NCBI GenBank assembly: GCA_041690135.1
Contig: JAWLHY010000002.1
Span: forward strand, 816,342-880,341
Source: Armatimonadota bacterium
Lineage (GTDB): Bacteria > Armatimonadota > SYMT01
DNA: 64,000 nucleotides
Reading direction: 5' to 3'
The notes below the pieces were generated by a model. The model did no database searches. It worked only from the letters and a program-made list of their open reading frames with translations, and was not told the DNA's origin. This document shows positions 49,862-59,857 of the stretch, piece by piece. The position numbers were made by a program, and so were the translations under genes. Positions within the stretch are counted from its first letter, which is position 1, and every line of letters starts with the position of its first letter.

Positions 49862-50251
49862 ATGTCCATCGCCGAGGTAAGGGAGACGGCCCGCACGGAA
49901 GACTTCATCCGGAGCATCGTTGAAGACCACCATCGAGATCCGGAGTTGGATATCCAGTTTGCTTGTTGGTTTCCCGATCCGGCAACCGGCGAAATAGTCC
50001 TGCTCGAAGTCAGCCCTGGCGTGGTGGATCCTGGGGATGCGAGTTTCTATGGGGTTACCATGGCGGTGCCGGAAGCCCGTGCGGGCGTACCCAGAATCCG
50101 CTTTATCCTGACGAGCCCCGAGGAGTTCCGGCAGGCTGCAACCGCTCCCGCCTCACCTGGCGGCGAAATCTTGTCTGGTCTCCGGCGGAGACAGGATTTC
50201 CGGGTGGTGCGTGGCGCCTCCACGGAGTTCGCCCGGCTACTGGAACCTTGA
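49862..50251 (+). CDS. Hypothetical protein, possible degenerate MNT-fold antitoxin
   Basis: 129 aa; I.LLEV...RFILTSPEEF resembles the MNT C-terminal half; TTGA-coupled to the next gene. Confidence 0.5.
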   Translation: MSIAEVRETARTEDFIRSIVEDHHRDPELDIQFACWFPDPATGEIVLLEVSPGVVDPGDASFYGVTMAVPEARAGVPRIRFILTSPEEFRQAATAPASPGGEILSGLRRRQDFRVVRGASTEFARLLEP

Positions 50252-50859
50252 GCTTGTTCACCCACCGCGCCGAATGGATTGCCGCCACTTTGGAGCAGGC
50301 GATGGCGGCAGAGGCCGTTGCCCTGCAGTTGTTGGCAACCCCCATTCAGGGCAGTCCCTATCATGAAGCCGTCGCCTACGACGCCGTCGTGGCCAAGTTT
50401 CAGCAGGCTGCGGAGTTGGCACTGAAGGCGGCGGTCCTGGCATTGTCGCCGGAGCGCTCGGACCTTTTGTTCTTCCCGCATCGCCTGTTGTCCGAGGCTG
50501 ACCTGCCCGAGACGCGCCAGTGGCGTGCTCTTGACGACAAGTTCCGTAAGCTGATGTTGACGGGACGTGTTCGTCTACGGCATGTCCTTGCGGAGCTTGA
50601 GGGCAATGCCCCCGCCGGTCGCAAAGCCGTTGAACGCGACGAGCGAGGAGTCATTACCGCGGTCGCACTCAACACGGAGTATCCCCACCAGAAACCGGGT
50701 GGAATCCCAGAGGTGCCGTGCAGGGCCTGGGCGCACCGCATTTCCAGCATTCTCCAGTATGCCAAAGCGGTTCACCTGCTGTTCCGGCTGCTGCGCACCC
50801 AGTCGGAGTTGGCGCCCTACCTGGCGACCTACCGTGGAGAACCTTTGAGGGGACTGTGA
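50248..50859 (+). CDS. HEPN-domain protein (divergent)
   Basis: FQQAAELALKA...H.LL...NTEYP parallels the HEPN QQA.EKALKA...H.L...RYP pattern. Confidence 0.6.
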   Translation: MSLFTHRAEWIAATLEQAMAAEAVALQLLATPIQGSPYHEAVAYDAVVAKFQQAAELALKAAVLALSPERSDLLFFPHRLLSEADLPETRQWRALDDKFRKLMLTGRVRLRHVLAELEGNAPAGRKAVERDERGVITAVALNTEYPHQKPGGIPEVPCRAWAHRISSILQYAKAVHLLFRLLRTQSELAPYLATYRGEPLRGL

Positions 50860-52460
50860 CACCAGGAACTGCGAAGTGGGTTTCGGTCGCGGCCGCCGCC
50901 TTTTCGGCGGAGTTGCTCACGCTCGCCTCGCCGCCCATGGACCAGGGGTGGCTGGCCTGGTTCGCCCTCATCCCCTTCTTCACGGCGCTGCTGGCGGCGG
51001 TTTATCCCTCGGGTGCCGCCGGCCCGGAAGCTGCTCCACCCCGGACCCGGCGGGTCTGGTGGACGGGGTTCGTCTTCGGATTCACTTTTCTGATGCTCCT
51101 GGTGCCGTGGTTCGGCGCCTTTTCCCCCGTGGGGTACCCCATTGCCGGGATCGCCTGGGGGCTGGTGGCCGGCCTGATCGCGCTGCTGATAACGCGCCCT
51201 CTCGGTAGGCTGCCCATAAGCGCCGCCCCTGTGGTCCTGGCGGCCGGCTGGACCGTTTTCGAATGGGTGCGAGCGCAGGGCGCGCTGGCCTTTCCCTGGG
51301 GGACGCTGGCGGCCACCCAGCATAACTACCTGCCGGTGCTGCAGATTCTCGACCTCACCGGGGCGTACGGGCTCAGCTTCCTGATGGCGCTCACCTCCGC
51401 GGCTGCTTCCGCCCTTCTCCTGGCGGGGTGGCGCCGGGGAGAGGCGGCCCGCGCGGCGGCACTGCGACAGGGTGGGCTGCGTTGGGGGGGCCTGGCCCTG
51501 GGATTGCTGGCCCTGGCGACGGTACGAGGGCAGGTCCTTCTCTCCCAGCCGCCGCCGTCCGGCCCGCGGGTGCGGGTCGGGCTCGTGCAGGCAAGCCAGT
51601 CGATCCGCACTTCGGGGGCCGCCATTCAGTGCATCTCCCCGATGGAGGATTACGACGCCTGGACCCAGGAAGCGATCCGCCGGGGGGCGGAACTGGTCGT
51701 GTGGCCGGAGTCGGCGCGCCCCGCGGACGTGGTCTACAACTCCCTGGCTCGCGAAGGCGTCGAGCGGCTGGTGCGCGGCACGGGCGCGCACCTCCTCGCG
51801 GGCAGTTTCGTGATGGATCCGAAGACCGAGCTCGACACGAACGCCGCCGTGATGTTCTCGCCGGAAGGGGAGATCCGCGGCCAGTATGCCAAGGTCCTGA
51901 TCGTGCCGTTCGGCGAGTACCTGCCCGCGCGTCCCCTCTTCTTCTTTGCGGAGAAGGTGGGCTGGCCCGTGCCCCCCGAGGATTTGCACCCGGGCGGCGG
52001 CTGGCAGCCGGTGACCTGGACCGGGGGTAAGGTGGGGGTCTCCATCTGCTTCGAGTCCGCCTTTGGGTATGTGTCGCGGGCCTACGTGAACCGGGGCGCG
52101 AACCTGCTGGCGGTGATGACCAGCGACGGCTGGGCGGGGCGGACTGCCGCCGGACTCCAGCATGCGGCGTTCGCGCCGCTCCGCGCGGTGGAAACCCGGC
52201 GCGCCGTCGCCCGGGCCGCGGCGACGGGCGTCTCCCAGTTGATCGATCCCTACGGCCGCGTGCTCCAGTCCGTCCCGATGTTCGAGCGTGGTGTGGCCGT
52301 AGGCGAGCTCCCCCTGCGCACGGACCTCACCCTGTACGCCCGTTTGGGTGACTGGCCCGTCCTGCTGGCATGGGGCATCCTGCTCCTGCCGGGGCTGGCC
52401 GGCCTCCTATCTTCTCGGTTTGCTCGACCGAACGCTCTGAAAACCCCGAAAAGTGGGTAG
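50856..52460 (+). CDS. lnt: Apolipoprotein N-acyltransferase
   Basis: WLAWFAL.P, EW.R...FPW, G.YGLSF, VWPES, Y.K..IVPFGEYLP, ICFES, RAVE.RR..RAA.TG.S. Confidence 0.93.
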   Translation: MTPGTAKWVSVAAAAFSAELLTLASPPMDQGWLAWFALIPFFTALLAAVYPSGAAGPEAAPPRTRRVWWTGFVFGFTFLMLLVPWFGAFSPVGYPIAGIAWGLVAGLIALLITRPLGRLPISAAPVVLAAGWTVFEWVRAQGALAFPWGTLAATQHNYLPVLQILDLTGAYGLSFLMALTSAAASALLLAGWRRGEAARAAALRQGGLRWGGLALGLLALATVRGQVLLSQPPPSGPRVRVGLVQASQSIRTSGAAIQCISPMEDYDAWTQEAIRRGAELVVWPESARPADVVYNSLAREGVERLVRGTGAHLLAGSFVMDPKTELDTNAAVMFSPEGEIRGQYAKVLIVPFGEYLPARPLFFFAEKVGWPVPPEDLHPGGGWQPVTWTGGKVGVSICFESAFGYVSRAYVNRGANLLAVMTSDGWAGRTAAGLQHAAFAPLRAVETRRAVARAAATGVSQLIDPYGRVLQSVPMFERGVAVGELPLRTDLTLYARLGDWPVLLAWGILLLPGLAGLLSSRFARPNALKTPKSG

Positions 52461-52567
52461 GTCATGCAGAGACGATGCCCCGCGCGGAGCACGACCGCAG
52501 GCGCGTCTGATGACTCAACCATAAGGCCGCACGGGCCGGGGGCAAGAGAAGGGGAGTGGAGGCAGCC

Positions 52568-53209
52568 ATGGATCTGAAGTTCGGCACGCAGGTGATGGCC
52601 GAGGATGGACGCGTGGGAACCGTCGAGCGGGTGATCCTTCACCCTGAAACGCGGGAAGTGGATGCCATCGTGGTCGTGAACCAGGAAATCCTGCCGGATG
52701 ACGTGGTGGTGCCTGTCGAACGGATCCGGTCCGCGGACGACCGGGGGGTGTGGGTCAGCGGCACGGTGGAAGACGTGCGGAGCCTCGATGGCTTCGCCTT
52801 CAGCCAGTACGTGGAGGCGCCGGAAGACTGGATCCCTCCGACTGATTCTCCGAGCTCCTTCTACCTGTTCCCGGCCTCGCCTTACCTGGTCGGCGCGTTG
52901 ACCCCGCCGCCCACCCACCCGTCGCCTCCGGCCCGCGAGGTGGAGGACATGCCGGAGGAAGGCGACCAGGAAGTGAGCGCCAGCACCGAGGTGCGCTGCG
53001 GTGATGCTGTGGCGGGGCGTCTCTCGCACGTCGTGACCCAGGGGGAAACCGACCACGTCACCCACCTGGTGGTGCGCACCAGCGGCCTCTCCGCTCGGGA
53101 AGTCGTGGTGCCGGTGGAGCACATCGTCTCCCTGGGAGACGAGGGCGTCGTCCTCGACCTTGAGGAAGAGGAGCTGGACCAGATGCCCCTCTTCTCACCG
53201 CGCTCCTGA
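52568..53209 (+). CDS. Tandem PRC-barrel domain protein
   Basis: G..V..EDG.VG.VERV..P......IVV....VVVP.E.I occurs twice. Confidence 0.8.
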   Translation: MDLKFGTQVMAEDGRVGTVERVILHPETREVDAIVVVNQEILPDDVVVPVERIRSADDRGVWVSGTVEDVRSLDGFAFSQYVEAPEDWIPPTDSPSSFYLFPASPYLVGALTPPPTHPSPPAREVEDMPEEGDQEVSASTEVRCGDAVAGRLSHVVTQGETDHVTHLVVRTSGLSAREVVVPVEHIVSLGDEGVVLDLEEEELDQMPLFSPRS

Positions 53210-53211
53210 GC

Positions 53212-54840
53212 TTATCTCCTCCGCCGTTTTCTGCTGAAACTGCGGGTGGAGGGCGAACGGCGGACCGTGCGTTTCGTCCGGGTGGATGTGCGCGCCCGGG
53301 TACTGCGAGTGGAGCGCCGGACGGGAGTGGCTTTGCGGACCTTCTTGCGAGGCGTGGAGCGGGATCGGGTCGATCGTTTGGGGGCGGGATTCCGGGAGGT
53401 CGTCTTCCGGGCTGTGGGGGCGGCGGGCGCGGGGGTGAGTTGCAGGAATACGGTCTGGAGGCTGGGCGGGAGCTGGATCTCCGTGCCCGCCCCATCGGAC
53501 CAGACGTGCTGCTCGGGCAGCGGAGTGTCGGTGCCGGGGTTCAGAAGCTGGACGCGGTACCGCCCGCGCGGGATGGAAGGCAGCTTGAAGGGTCCGGACT
53601 GTTCCGGCGCCGTCCAGCCGACGAGTACGGAACCGTAGCGACAGAAGGAGCCGGGAACATCCACCGGTACCACGTCCGCCAACGGTACCGGCTGCGCGTG
53701 GTAAGGTGTGTTCCGGGCGAACGCCGCCATGCGTGAGAGGCGGCTCAGGACCGCCTGGCCTTCCGGCGTGCCGGGAGCGTAGGGCTGGAGCGGAATCCCC
53801 AGCCCGCCCAGGACCAGCATCTGCCAAGACGCCTCTCCCGGCAGCCGCGGGAGATCCGGGTTCGGCGTCTGCGCGTCCATGAGCGCTTTCCGGAGGGACG
53901 GCCGCTGCCAGTTGGCTGGGATCAGGGGGAACTGCGCTCCCGCGGGTAGTTCGCCGCCGCTACCCCGGGCCGCGACCAGGTGGCCGTAAGCGTCCGACCG
54001 GCGGACCGCGTCCACGATGCGCGTCTGCAGTTCCGGCGACACCCCCTCTTCCGGTCCGGGCACTTCCCAGGCCGCCAGGACCGGAGAATAGCTCCAGCGC
54101 CGCACCCACTCCTGGGTCTGGGTCTCAAAGGCGGAGGCGGCCTCGGCGGAGTTTTCCGAGGGCGGATCGAGGCGGATCTGCACCAACGGTCGTCCGTTCA
54201 ACTCGGCATTGCGCAGTAGCGCGTCGAGCGACCGGGCAATGGCGAGCTTTTCCTGGGCTCCGGCGTCCGGCAAACAAGGGACGGAGACCGCCAGGTAGTT
54301 GATGCCCCGGGAGCGGAGGAGCGCCAGTTGCTCCTTCCAGTCCACATCGGTAACCGAATTCCCGGTCAGTCGCACTCCCAGGGGAAAGATCGCCGCCCCC
54401 GAAGTGTAGGCGAGCACGCGCTGGCTGCGGGGATGGAGACGGACGAAACCGGGGCGCGAGGAGGGCTGCACGCGGATCAGTGGGACCAGCCCGATATCCT
54501 TCTGGTTCTCCCGGTCGAGGATGACCGTTCCCGTGTACCGGCCTTCTCGGGTAGGCGTGAAGCGGCCGTACCATTCGCCCGGCCTTCCGGTAGGCTCGAG
54601 GGAGTAAGACTGCCGCTGGTCCCGGCCGTCCGCCATCGTCAGTTGCAGTGGGCCGGGCTTCACGTCCAGGCCGCTGAGGGGGTCCGTGACGGTGATGCCC
54701 ACCGATTCGAAACGGCCGGTGACCGAGCGGGAAACCTGCACCCGCAATTCCGCGGCGGCGGGCTCGGCGCCGGCCAACAGGAGGGCGCTCGCACCGAGGC
54801 GCGCGACGGCACAGAGGACGGGAATGGGAAGCTGTTTCAT
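53212..54840 (-). CDS. Secreted DUF5060/GH-A-like modular protein, probably degenerate, with Arg/Thr/Ser-rich basic tail
   Basis: W.GRFTP..EG.Y, GFVR......L....G..IFPLG, RWSYSP..AAWE, D.YGHL, P.GRYRV...NP. Confidence 0.6.
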   Translation of the reverse strand: MKQLPIPVLCAVARLGASALLLAGAEPAAAELRVQVSRSVTGRFESVGITVTDPLSGLDVKPGPLQLTMADGRDQRQSYSLEPTGRPGEWYGRFTPTREGRYTGTVILDRENQKDIGLVPLIRVQPSSRPGFVRLHPRSQRVLAYTSGAAIFPLGVRLTGNSVTDVDWKEQLALLRSRGINYLAVSVPCLPDAGAQEKLAIARSLDALLRNAELNGRPLVQIRLDPPSENSAEAASAFETQTQEWVRRWSYSPVLAAWEVPGPEEGVSPELQTRIVDAVRRSDAYGHLVAARGSGGELPAGAQFPLIPANWQRPSLRKALMDAQTPNPDLPRLPGEASWQMLVLGGLGIPLQPYAPGTPEGQAVLSRLSRMAAFARNTPYHAQPVPLADVVPVDVPGSFCRYGSVLVGWTAPEQSGPFKLPSIPRGRYRVQLLNPGTDTPLPEQHVWSDGAGTEIQLPPSLQTVFLQLTPAPAAPTARKTTSRNPAPKRSTRSRSTPRKKVRKATPVRRSTRSTRARTSTRTKRTVRRSPSTRSFSRKRRRR

Positions 54841-54852
54841 AGGCGCACTCGC

Positions 54853-56520
54853 TCAGGCGCGCGGCGCGAGCACCGTGTCGACCAGCCACTCCGCATCATT
54901 GCGCTCGGGATAGTCGACGTTGTAGTGCAGGCCGCGGCTCTCCTTCCGGTGGACCGCGCAGTCGATGATCAGGCGGCCCACCTGGGTGATGTTGCGCAGC
55001 TCGAGGAGTTCCACGGTAACGGCGCTGCTGTGGTAAAGCGTCTCAACCGCATGGAGGAGCAGGTCGAGCTCCCGGGCGGCCTGCTTCAGCCGGCGGTCGG
55101 AGCGCACAATCCCCACGTGCGACCACATGAGCGTGCGGACCAGCAGGCCGAGCTGGGCGGCGAACTCGGGGGAGACTTCCGTGGCCTTGCGGGTCGGGTC
55201 GTTGGCTTCCACCCAGGCCGCCGGATCGGCGGGCGGTCCGGCCGGGCCCTCCCGCTCCAGCAGATCGCGGGTATCCGCTGCGGCGTGATCGGCGAAGACC
55301 AGCGCCTCCAGCAGGGAGTTGCTGGCAAGGCGGTTCGCCCCGTGAACGCCCGTGCAGGCGACTTCTCCCACCGCGTAGAGACGGTGCAGGGAGGTGCGGG
55401 CTTCCAGGTCCGTCAGCACGCCCCCGCAGCTATAGTGGGCGGCGGGGACGATCGGGATCGGCTGCTGGGTGATGTCCAGCCCCAGTTCAAGACAGCTCTG
55501 GTGAATGTGCGGGAACCGGTTCCGGATGAAATCGGCCTCGAGGTGGGTGACGTCCAGCAGGACGTAGTCGTCACCGGTGCGCTTGAGCTCGCTGTCGATC
55601 GCCCGGGCTACGATGTCGCGGGGCGCCAGGGAGGCGAGGGGATGGTACTGGTCCATGAAGGGGGTTCCATCCCGCAGCTTCAGCACGCCGCCCTCGCCGC
55701 GCACGGCTTCGGAGATCAGGAAGGAGCGGCCTTCGGGGTGGTAGAGCGTGGTGGGGTGGAACTGGAAGAACTCCATATTCGCCACCCGCGCGCCCGCCCG
55801 GTAGGCGATGGCGACCCCGTCCCCCGTGGCGATAGCCGGGTTGGTGGTGTGCAGGTAGACGCGCCCCGCCCCTCCGGTCGCGAGCACGGTGGCGTCGGCG
55901 AGCACCGTCTTGACGTCGCCGTCCAGCGTATCGAGAACCGTGGCGCCCAGGACCGTCATCCGGCTCCCGGTCCCCTCCGGCCCCGGCCGCTCTTCCGTGA
56001 TCAGCTCGACCGCGGCATGGTGCTCGTAGACCCGGATGTTGCGGTGCCGCTGGACGGCCGCCACCAGGGTGCGTTCCACTTCCCGGCCGGTGAGGTCCTT
56101 GGCGTGGATGATGCGGTTGCGGGAGTGGCCTCCCTCTCGCCCCAGGCTGAGGCCCGGCGGCTGCGCGTCGGAGCCTGGGCGTTCGGCCTCCAGGGAAAAG
56201 TTCGCTCCCCACTCGATCAGCTCGCGGACACGGTCCGGGCCTTCGAGCACCATCTGCTCGACCGCGTCCCGGTGGCAGAGCCCGGCGCCCGCGATCTCCG
56301 TGTCCAGGATGTGGAGATCCGGCGAATCGTCCGCCGCCATCACGGCGGCGATGCCGCCCTGGGCGTAGTTGGTGTTCGACTCGGTGTGCTCTTTCTTGGT
56401 GACGAGCGTTACCGCGGCGAACTCGGCTGCCTTTAGCGCGTAGGTGAGTCCTGCGACCCCGCTGCCGATCACGAGGACCGTGCTCTGCATGATATCCCTG
56501 GTCGGTGAGGCTTCCGGCAT
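54853..56520 (-). CDS. nadB: L-aspartate oxidase
   Basis: IGSGVAGL, YAQGGIA, REGGHS..RI.H, TGG.G, EF.QFHPT, LISEAVRGEG, LAPRDIV, HGANRLASNSLLE, ESRGLHY. Confidence 0.96.
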   Translation of the reverse strand: MPEASPTRDIMQSTVLVIGSGVAGLTYALKAAEFAAVTLVTKKEHTESNTNYAQGGIAAVMAADDSPDLHILDTEIAGAGLCHRDAVEQMVLEGPDRVRELIEWGANFSLEAERPGSDAQPPGLSLGREGGHSRNRIIHAKDLTGREVERTLVAAVQRHRNIRVYEHHAAVELITEERPGPEGTGSRMTVLGATVLDTLDGDVKTVLADATVLATGGAGRVYLHTTNPAIATGDGVAIAYRAGARVANMEFFQFHPTTLYHPEGRSFLISEAVRGEGGVLKLRDGTPFMDQYHPLASLAPRDIVARAIDSELKRTGDDYVLLDVTHLEADFIRNRFPHIHQSCLELGLDITQQPIPIVPAAHYSCGGVLTDLEARTSLHRLYAVGEVACTGVHGANRLASNSLLEALVFADHAAADTRDLLEREGPAGPPADPAAWVEANDPTRKATEVSPEFAAQLGLLVRTLMWSHVGIVRSDRRLKQAARELDLLLHAVETLYHSSAVTVELLELRNITQVGRLIIDCAVHRKESRGLHYNVDYPERNDAEWLVDTVLAPRA

Positions 56521-56610
56521 CTGGTTCCCGGCGGGGGAATCTGTGCCCAGATGCACGAAAAGCCCGGCGGGAGCCGGGCCGCGTTATTATCTCACCGGGC
56601 AGGGGGAGCG

Positions 56611-57291
56611 TCAACTTGCGCCCCGTCCCTCTGGGAGATGGAAGAGCAGGAAGAACTGGCTGGAGAGGAATTCAAAACGTCGGGTGAGTTCCCAACCGGC
56701 CGCTTCGGCTTCGGCCAACACGGTGGTCTCGGCAATCTCGTGACCGGCCGGTGCGGGAGGGTAACCGCCGCGCCGGGCGTCGAAGTCGATGAGGGCGAGC
56801 CTGGCTCCCGGTCGGGCGCTCGCCTGGAGACGCCGTAGCAGCGGTACTGGTTGCTCCACCTCGTGGTAGACGGTGAGCAGAATGAAGCAGTCGATTGCGT
56901 GAGTGGGGAGCCCCGGGTTTTCGGCCGAACCCAACACCACCCGTACATTGCCCAGTTCGCGCGCGTGCCGTTGGAGGTCCGGCAGGAACTCGGCCTGGAT
57001 CTCTTCCGCGTAGACTCTACCTGTGGGTCCCACCGCCTGGCTTAATTGCGGCAGCAGGTATCCCGAACCGGCGCCGATATCGGCCACGGTATCTCCCGGC
57101 TGTATCCCGAGCGAGCGAACGATCCGCTCCGGTTGCTGCCACCGGTCGCGTTCGGGGCCCTCCAGCAGCGCGTCGGCGAGGCTGGGGTCGAACAGGTGAG
57201 AGGGGGCCACGCGTGCCGCCGGCACCTTCGTTTCCGGGCTTCCGGACCACAGCAGCGCGGGCACGGCCAGCAGGAGCCAGTGAGGTCTCAT
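56611..57291 (-). CDS. Class I SAM-dependent methyltransferase with signal peptide
   Basis: ERD.WQ.P, VADIGAGSGY, GRVYA.EI, YHE. Confidence 0.88.
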   Translation of the reverse strand: MRPHWLLLAVPALLWSGSPETKVPAARVAPSHLFDPSLADALLEGPERDRWQQPERIVRSLGIQPGDTVADIGAGSGYLLPQLSQAVGPTGRVYAEEIQAEFLPDLQRHARELGNVRVVLGSAENPGLPTHAIDCFILLTVYHEVEQPVPLLRRLQASARPGARLALIDFDARRGGYPPAPAGHEIAETTVLAEAEAAGWELTRRFEFLSSQFFLLFHLPEGRGAS

Positions 57292-57449
57292 AGCGCCTTT
57301 CCTACTTGCCGGTATTCCGGTGTTAAGATGTCGGTTTGAAGTCGGTGTATCACCACGGCCCCTCTGCGGCAGGAAATCGCAAGACGCGCGACCAATTCAC
57401 CTGTTGTCTTCCTCTTTCGACCCTCCCTATGATCATGGCAGTACAACTC

Positions 57450-58403
57450 ATGGGAAAGTTCCGGGTTCCACTTGTCCGCAACGCGGTTTTGGCGGGGTTG
57501 TTTTCCGCGCTGGTACTCCCCTTATTGGGGATGCCGGAGGCGTCGGCCTCCGCCGAGCCGAGCGCGCTACCTCCCGCCGCCACCGCCCCGGAACCTCCCC
57601 CGAGTTCTCCGCCGGATCCGGTCCCCACGCCTTCCGTCACGACCCCGGCCGCACCCGTGGACGGGCCCGAGCCCTCCGTCTTGCCGCCGGCTCCCGTGAA
57701 GCCACCCGCAAAGCCTCCGGTGAAGGCTCCCACCGACCGTCCAGGGGCATTGGCGATGCCGGAGTTGCCCGAGAAGCCCGGCGGTTACAGCGATTGGCGG
57801 TACATCGTGATCCACCACTCCGCCACGCCCAGCGGCAGCGCGGCCGGTTTTGACCGGATGCACCGCAGCAAGGGCTGGGACGGTGTGGCCTACCACTTCG
57901 TGATCACCAACGGCAAGGGCGGGCCGGACGGCGGCCTCCAGGTGAGCGACCGCTGGTGGCAGCAGAAGCACGGCGCCCATGCGGGCGGCCTGCCGGGGCA
58001 GGTGGACCCCGAGGCCCGGAACGACTACAACGAGTTCGGTATCGGGATCTGCCTGGTAGGGAACTTCGAAAAGAGCCCGCCGACCCGCAAGCAGATGCTG
58101 ACGCTGGCCCGCCTGGTCGGGCGGCTGCGCAACATGTTCGACCTGCCGCAGAGCGCGGTCTTCGGTCACCGGCACGTCAAGAGCACGGCCTGTCCGGGGC
58201 GCTACTTCTCCTGGAAGACACTCTGTGCGCTCATGAAGACGCCGCTCCCGCGCGACCTCCACCGGCGGACCGCGGCAGTTACCTACGAGCGCTGTCCCTG
58301 GTGTATCCAGTCCGGGGAGTCGGCTGCTCTCGGACGGTGGCAGCCAGGAAACGGCAACTCCGCCGATATTCCCCCCGCGATACGCCTCCGCACCCTCCAG
58401 TAG
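57450..58403 (+). CDS. N-acetylmuramoyl-L-alanine amidase (Amidase_2)
   Basis: Signal peptide, Pro-rich linker, YIVIHHSAT, YHFVI.NG, GAHA, IGICLVGNF, GHR....TACPG. Confidence 0.9.
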   Translation: MGKFRVPLVRNAVLAGLFSALVLPLLGMPEASASAEPSALPPAATAPEPPPSSPPDPVPTPSVTTPAAPVDGPEPSVLPPAPVKPPAKPPVKAPTDRPGALAMPELPEKPGGYSDWRYIVIHHSATPSGSAAGFDRMHRSKGWDGVAYHFVITNGKGGPDGGLQVSDRWWQQKHGAHAGGLPGQVDPEARNDYNEFGIGICLVGNFEKSPPTRKQMLTLARLVGRLRNMFDLPQSAVFGHRHVKSTACPGRYFSWKTLCALMKTPLPRDLHRRTAAVTYERCPWCIQSGESAALGRWQPGNGNSADIPPAIRLRTLQ

Positions 58404-58661
58404 CCAGGCTCGCTCGTCAATTCCTTCGCCCGCTGAGAGGGGGACCAGCCGGTCGCGGTGAGCCTTCCTTGAGGATCGGACGGTGTTTGCTTGTACTTGC
58501 CGCTTGTCTGCTATTCGGCAGAGCAGGTATCCCTAGGCCCGTACTCCAACCGACTGAGTGGAATAGGGGTTCACGCCGCGCGCTTGCCTGTTCGTGCACC
58601 GGGTTAGGCGGGTTCGCGGCGCAAACCAAAGAACGGCATTGAGCAAGAAAGGAACCAAATC

Positions 58662-59177
58662 ATGCGAAAGCAAGCCTGGCTGGCACTCGGACTGGCGCTG
58701 ATGACCGGCGCGATGGTTAACACCGCCGGCGCCCAGACGCGGCGCCCCACCGTTTTCACGGCTCGCCTCACCGGTGCGGCGGAGCGCCCGAATGCGGTGA
58801 ATACCCGCTCCTTTGGTACAGCGACCATCCGGGTGGATCGCCGTGGTCACAAGATGGACGTGGAAGTCACCGTCAACCGCATTGAGAACGTGACCCAGGC
58901 CCACATCCACCTGGGTGGGCCGGAAGAATCGGGCCCGCCCATCGTCCAGCTTTACGGTCCGGCGGAACTGGTCGGCCGGGAGAGTGGACGCCTGTTCTCG
59001 AAGACGGTGACGGCCGGCGACCTCCTCGATTTGCAGCAGGCCGGCAAGGGCGGCAGTCCCACGCTGGGGGACCTGATCGACGAGATGATTGCGGGCAACA
59101 CCTACATCAACGTCCACACGGCGGCTAACCCCGGCGGCGAAATTCGCGGCCAGATCCGGTCCCGCACCTTCCGCTAA
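58662..59177 (+). CDS. Secreted CHRD domain protein
   Basis: F.A.LTG..E.P, AHIH.G....GP, G.TYINVHT.ANP.GEIRGQI. Confidence 0.92.
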   Translation: MRKQAWLALGLALMTGAMVNTAGAQTRRPTVFTARLTGAAERPNAVNTRSFGTATIRVDRRGHKMDVEVTVNRIENVTQAHIHLGGPEESGPPIVQLYGPAELVGRESGRLFSKTVTAGDLLDLQQAGKGGSPTLGDLIDEMIAGNTYINVHTAANPGGEIRGQIRSRTFR

Positions 59178-59220
59178 AGCGCAGCGGCAGATTCCCACGG
59201 ATCACCGCTATAGCGTTCCT

Positions 59221-59265
59221 AAACGCACGAGTGAGGCTCTACCAGGAGCCTCACTCGTGCGTTTT
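59221..59265 (+). terminator. Rho-independent terminator
   Basis: 19-bp perfect stem AAACGCACGAGTGAGGCTC / GAGCCTCACTCGTGCGTTT(T) just after the CHRD stop. Confidence 0.7.
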
Positions 59266-59300
59266 GGTGCTGGCCAACCCGAATGGCAATAGCCAGCCCG

Positions 59301-59445
59301 AAGGGTCCGGGGAAATACCGGATCAGTGTTTGATCACTCGGCACAAGCCTGTTTCTCAATACAGGTCAGCGAATCTTGCCGAAGTGCCGGCGCCGGGTAC
59401 CCGCGTGCGGGTGTCGGCCTGCATCTGGGAAATGGTACCTGCCCA
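59301..59445 (+). repeat. Dispersed repeat family B, copy 3
   Basis: Colinear with 9520-9665. Confidence 0.75.
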
Positions 59446-59574
59446 CGTGCTTGCGCACACCCCTTTGCTCCGCCGGGTGTACGACCGCGACCTTACAGGT
59501 CCAGACGGCTACGAGTGTGCATTGCGGGTGCGGAGCCGACAGTGTGTGCCGGAGGCGCCGCCGCAGTGCAATCC

Positions 59575-59736
59575 GGGTGCGAAGGCAAGATACTGGTCGG
59601 GGACAGCGACCGCGACCCTACCGTCACCATCCCGACTACCAGGATGCATTACAGGTGCCAAGGCACAGTCCTGGTCGGGGACGGCGGCACCGACCCTACC
59701 GTCACCATCGCGGCTGCGGAGGTGGATTACGGGTGC
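59575..59736 (-). repeat. 78-bp tandem duplication, each unit with a GTAG-type REP-like palindrome
   Basis: CTGGTCGGGGAC...GACCCTACCGTCACCATC at 59593 and 59671. Confidence 0.7.
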
Positions 59737-59857
59737 GGGTGCAGGACTGTGGCCGTGAGGCCGCCACATTGGCGGGTGTCTCGCCCGCCCATCGCTGCTG
59801 TGTGCAGACCACGCACTGGCGGGCGAAACGCCCGCCCCACTCCTATTCCTCTCCGTG

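Noticed and set aside
58540-58630. Structured leader upstream of the CHRD gene
   Set aside because: A GCCGCG/CGCGGC stem is possible, but I recognise no riboswitch consensus and such stems are common at this GC content.
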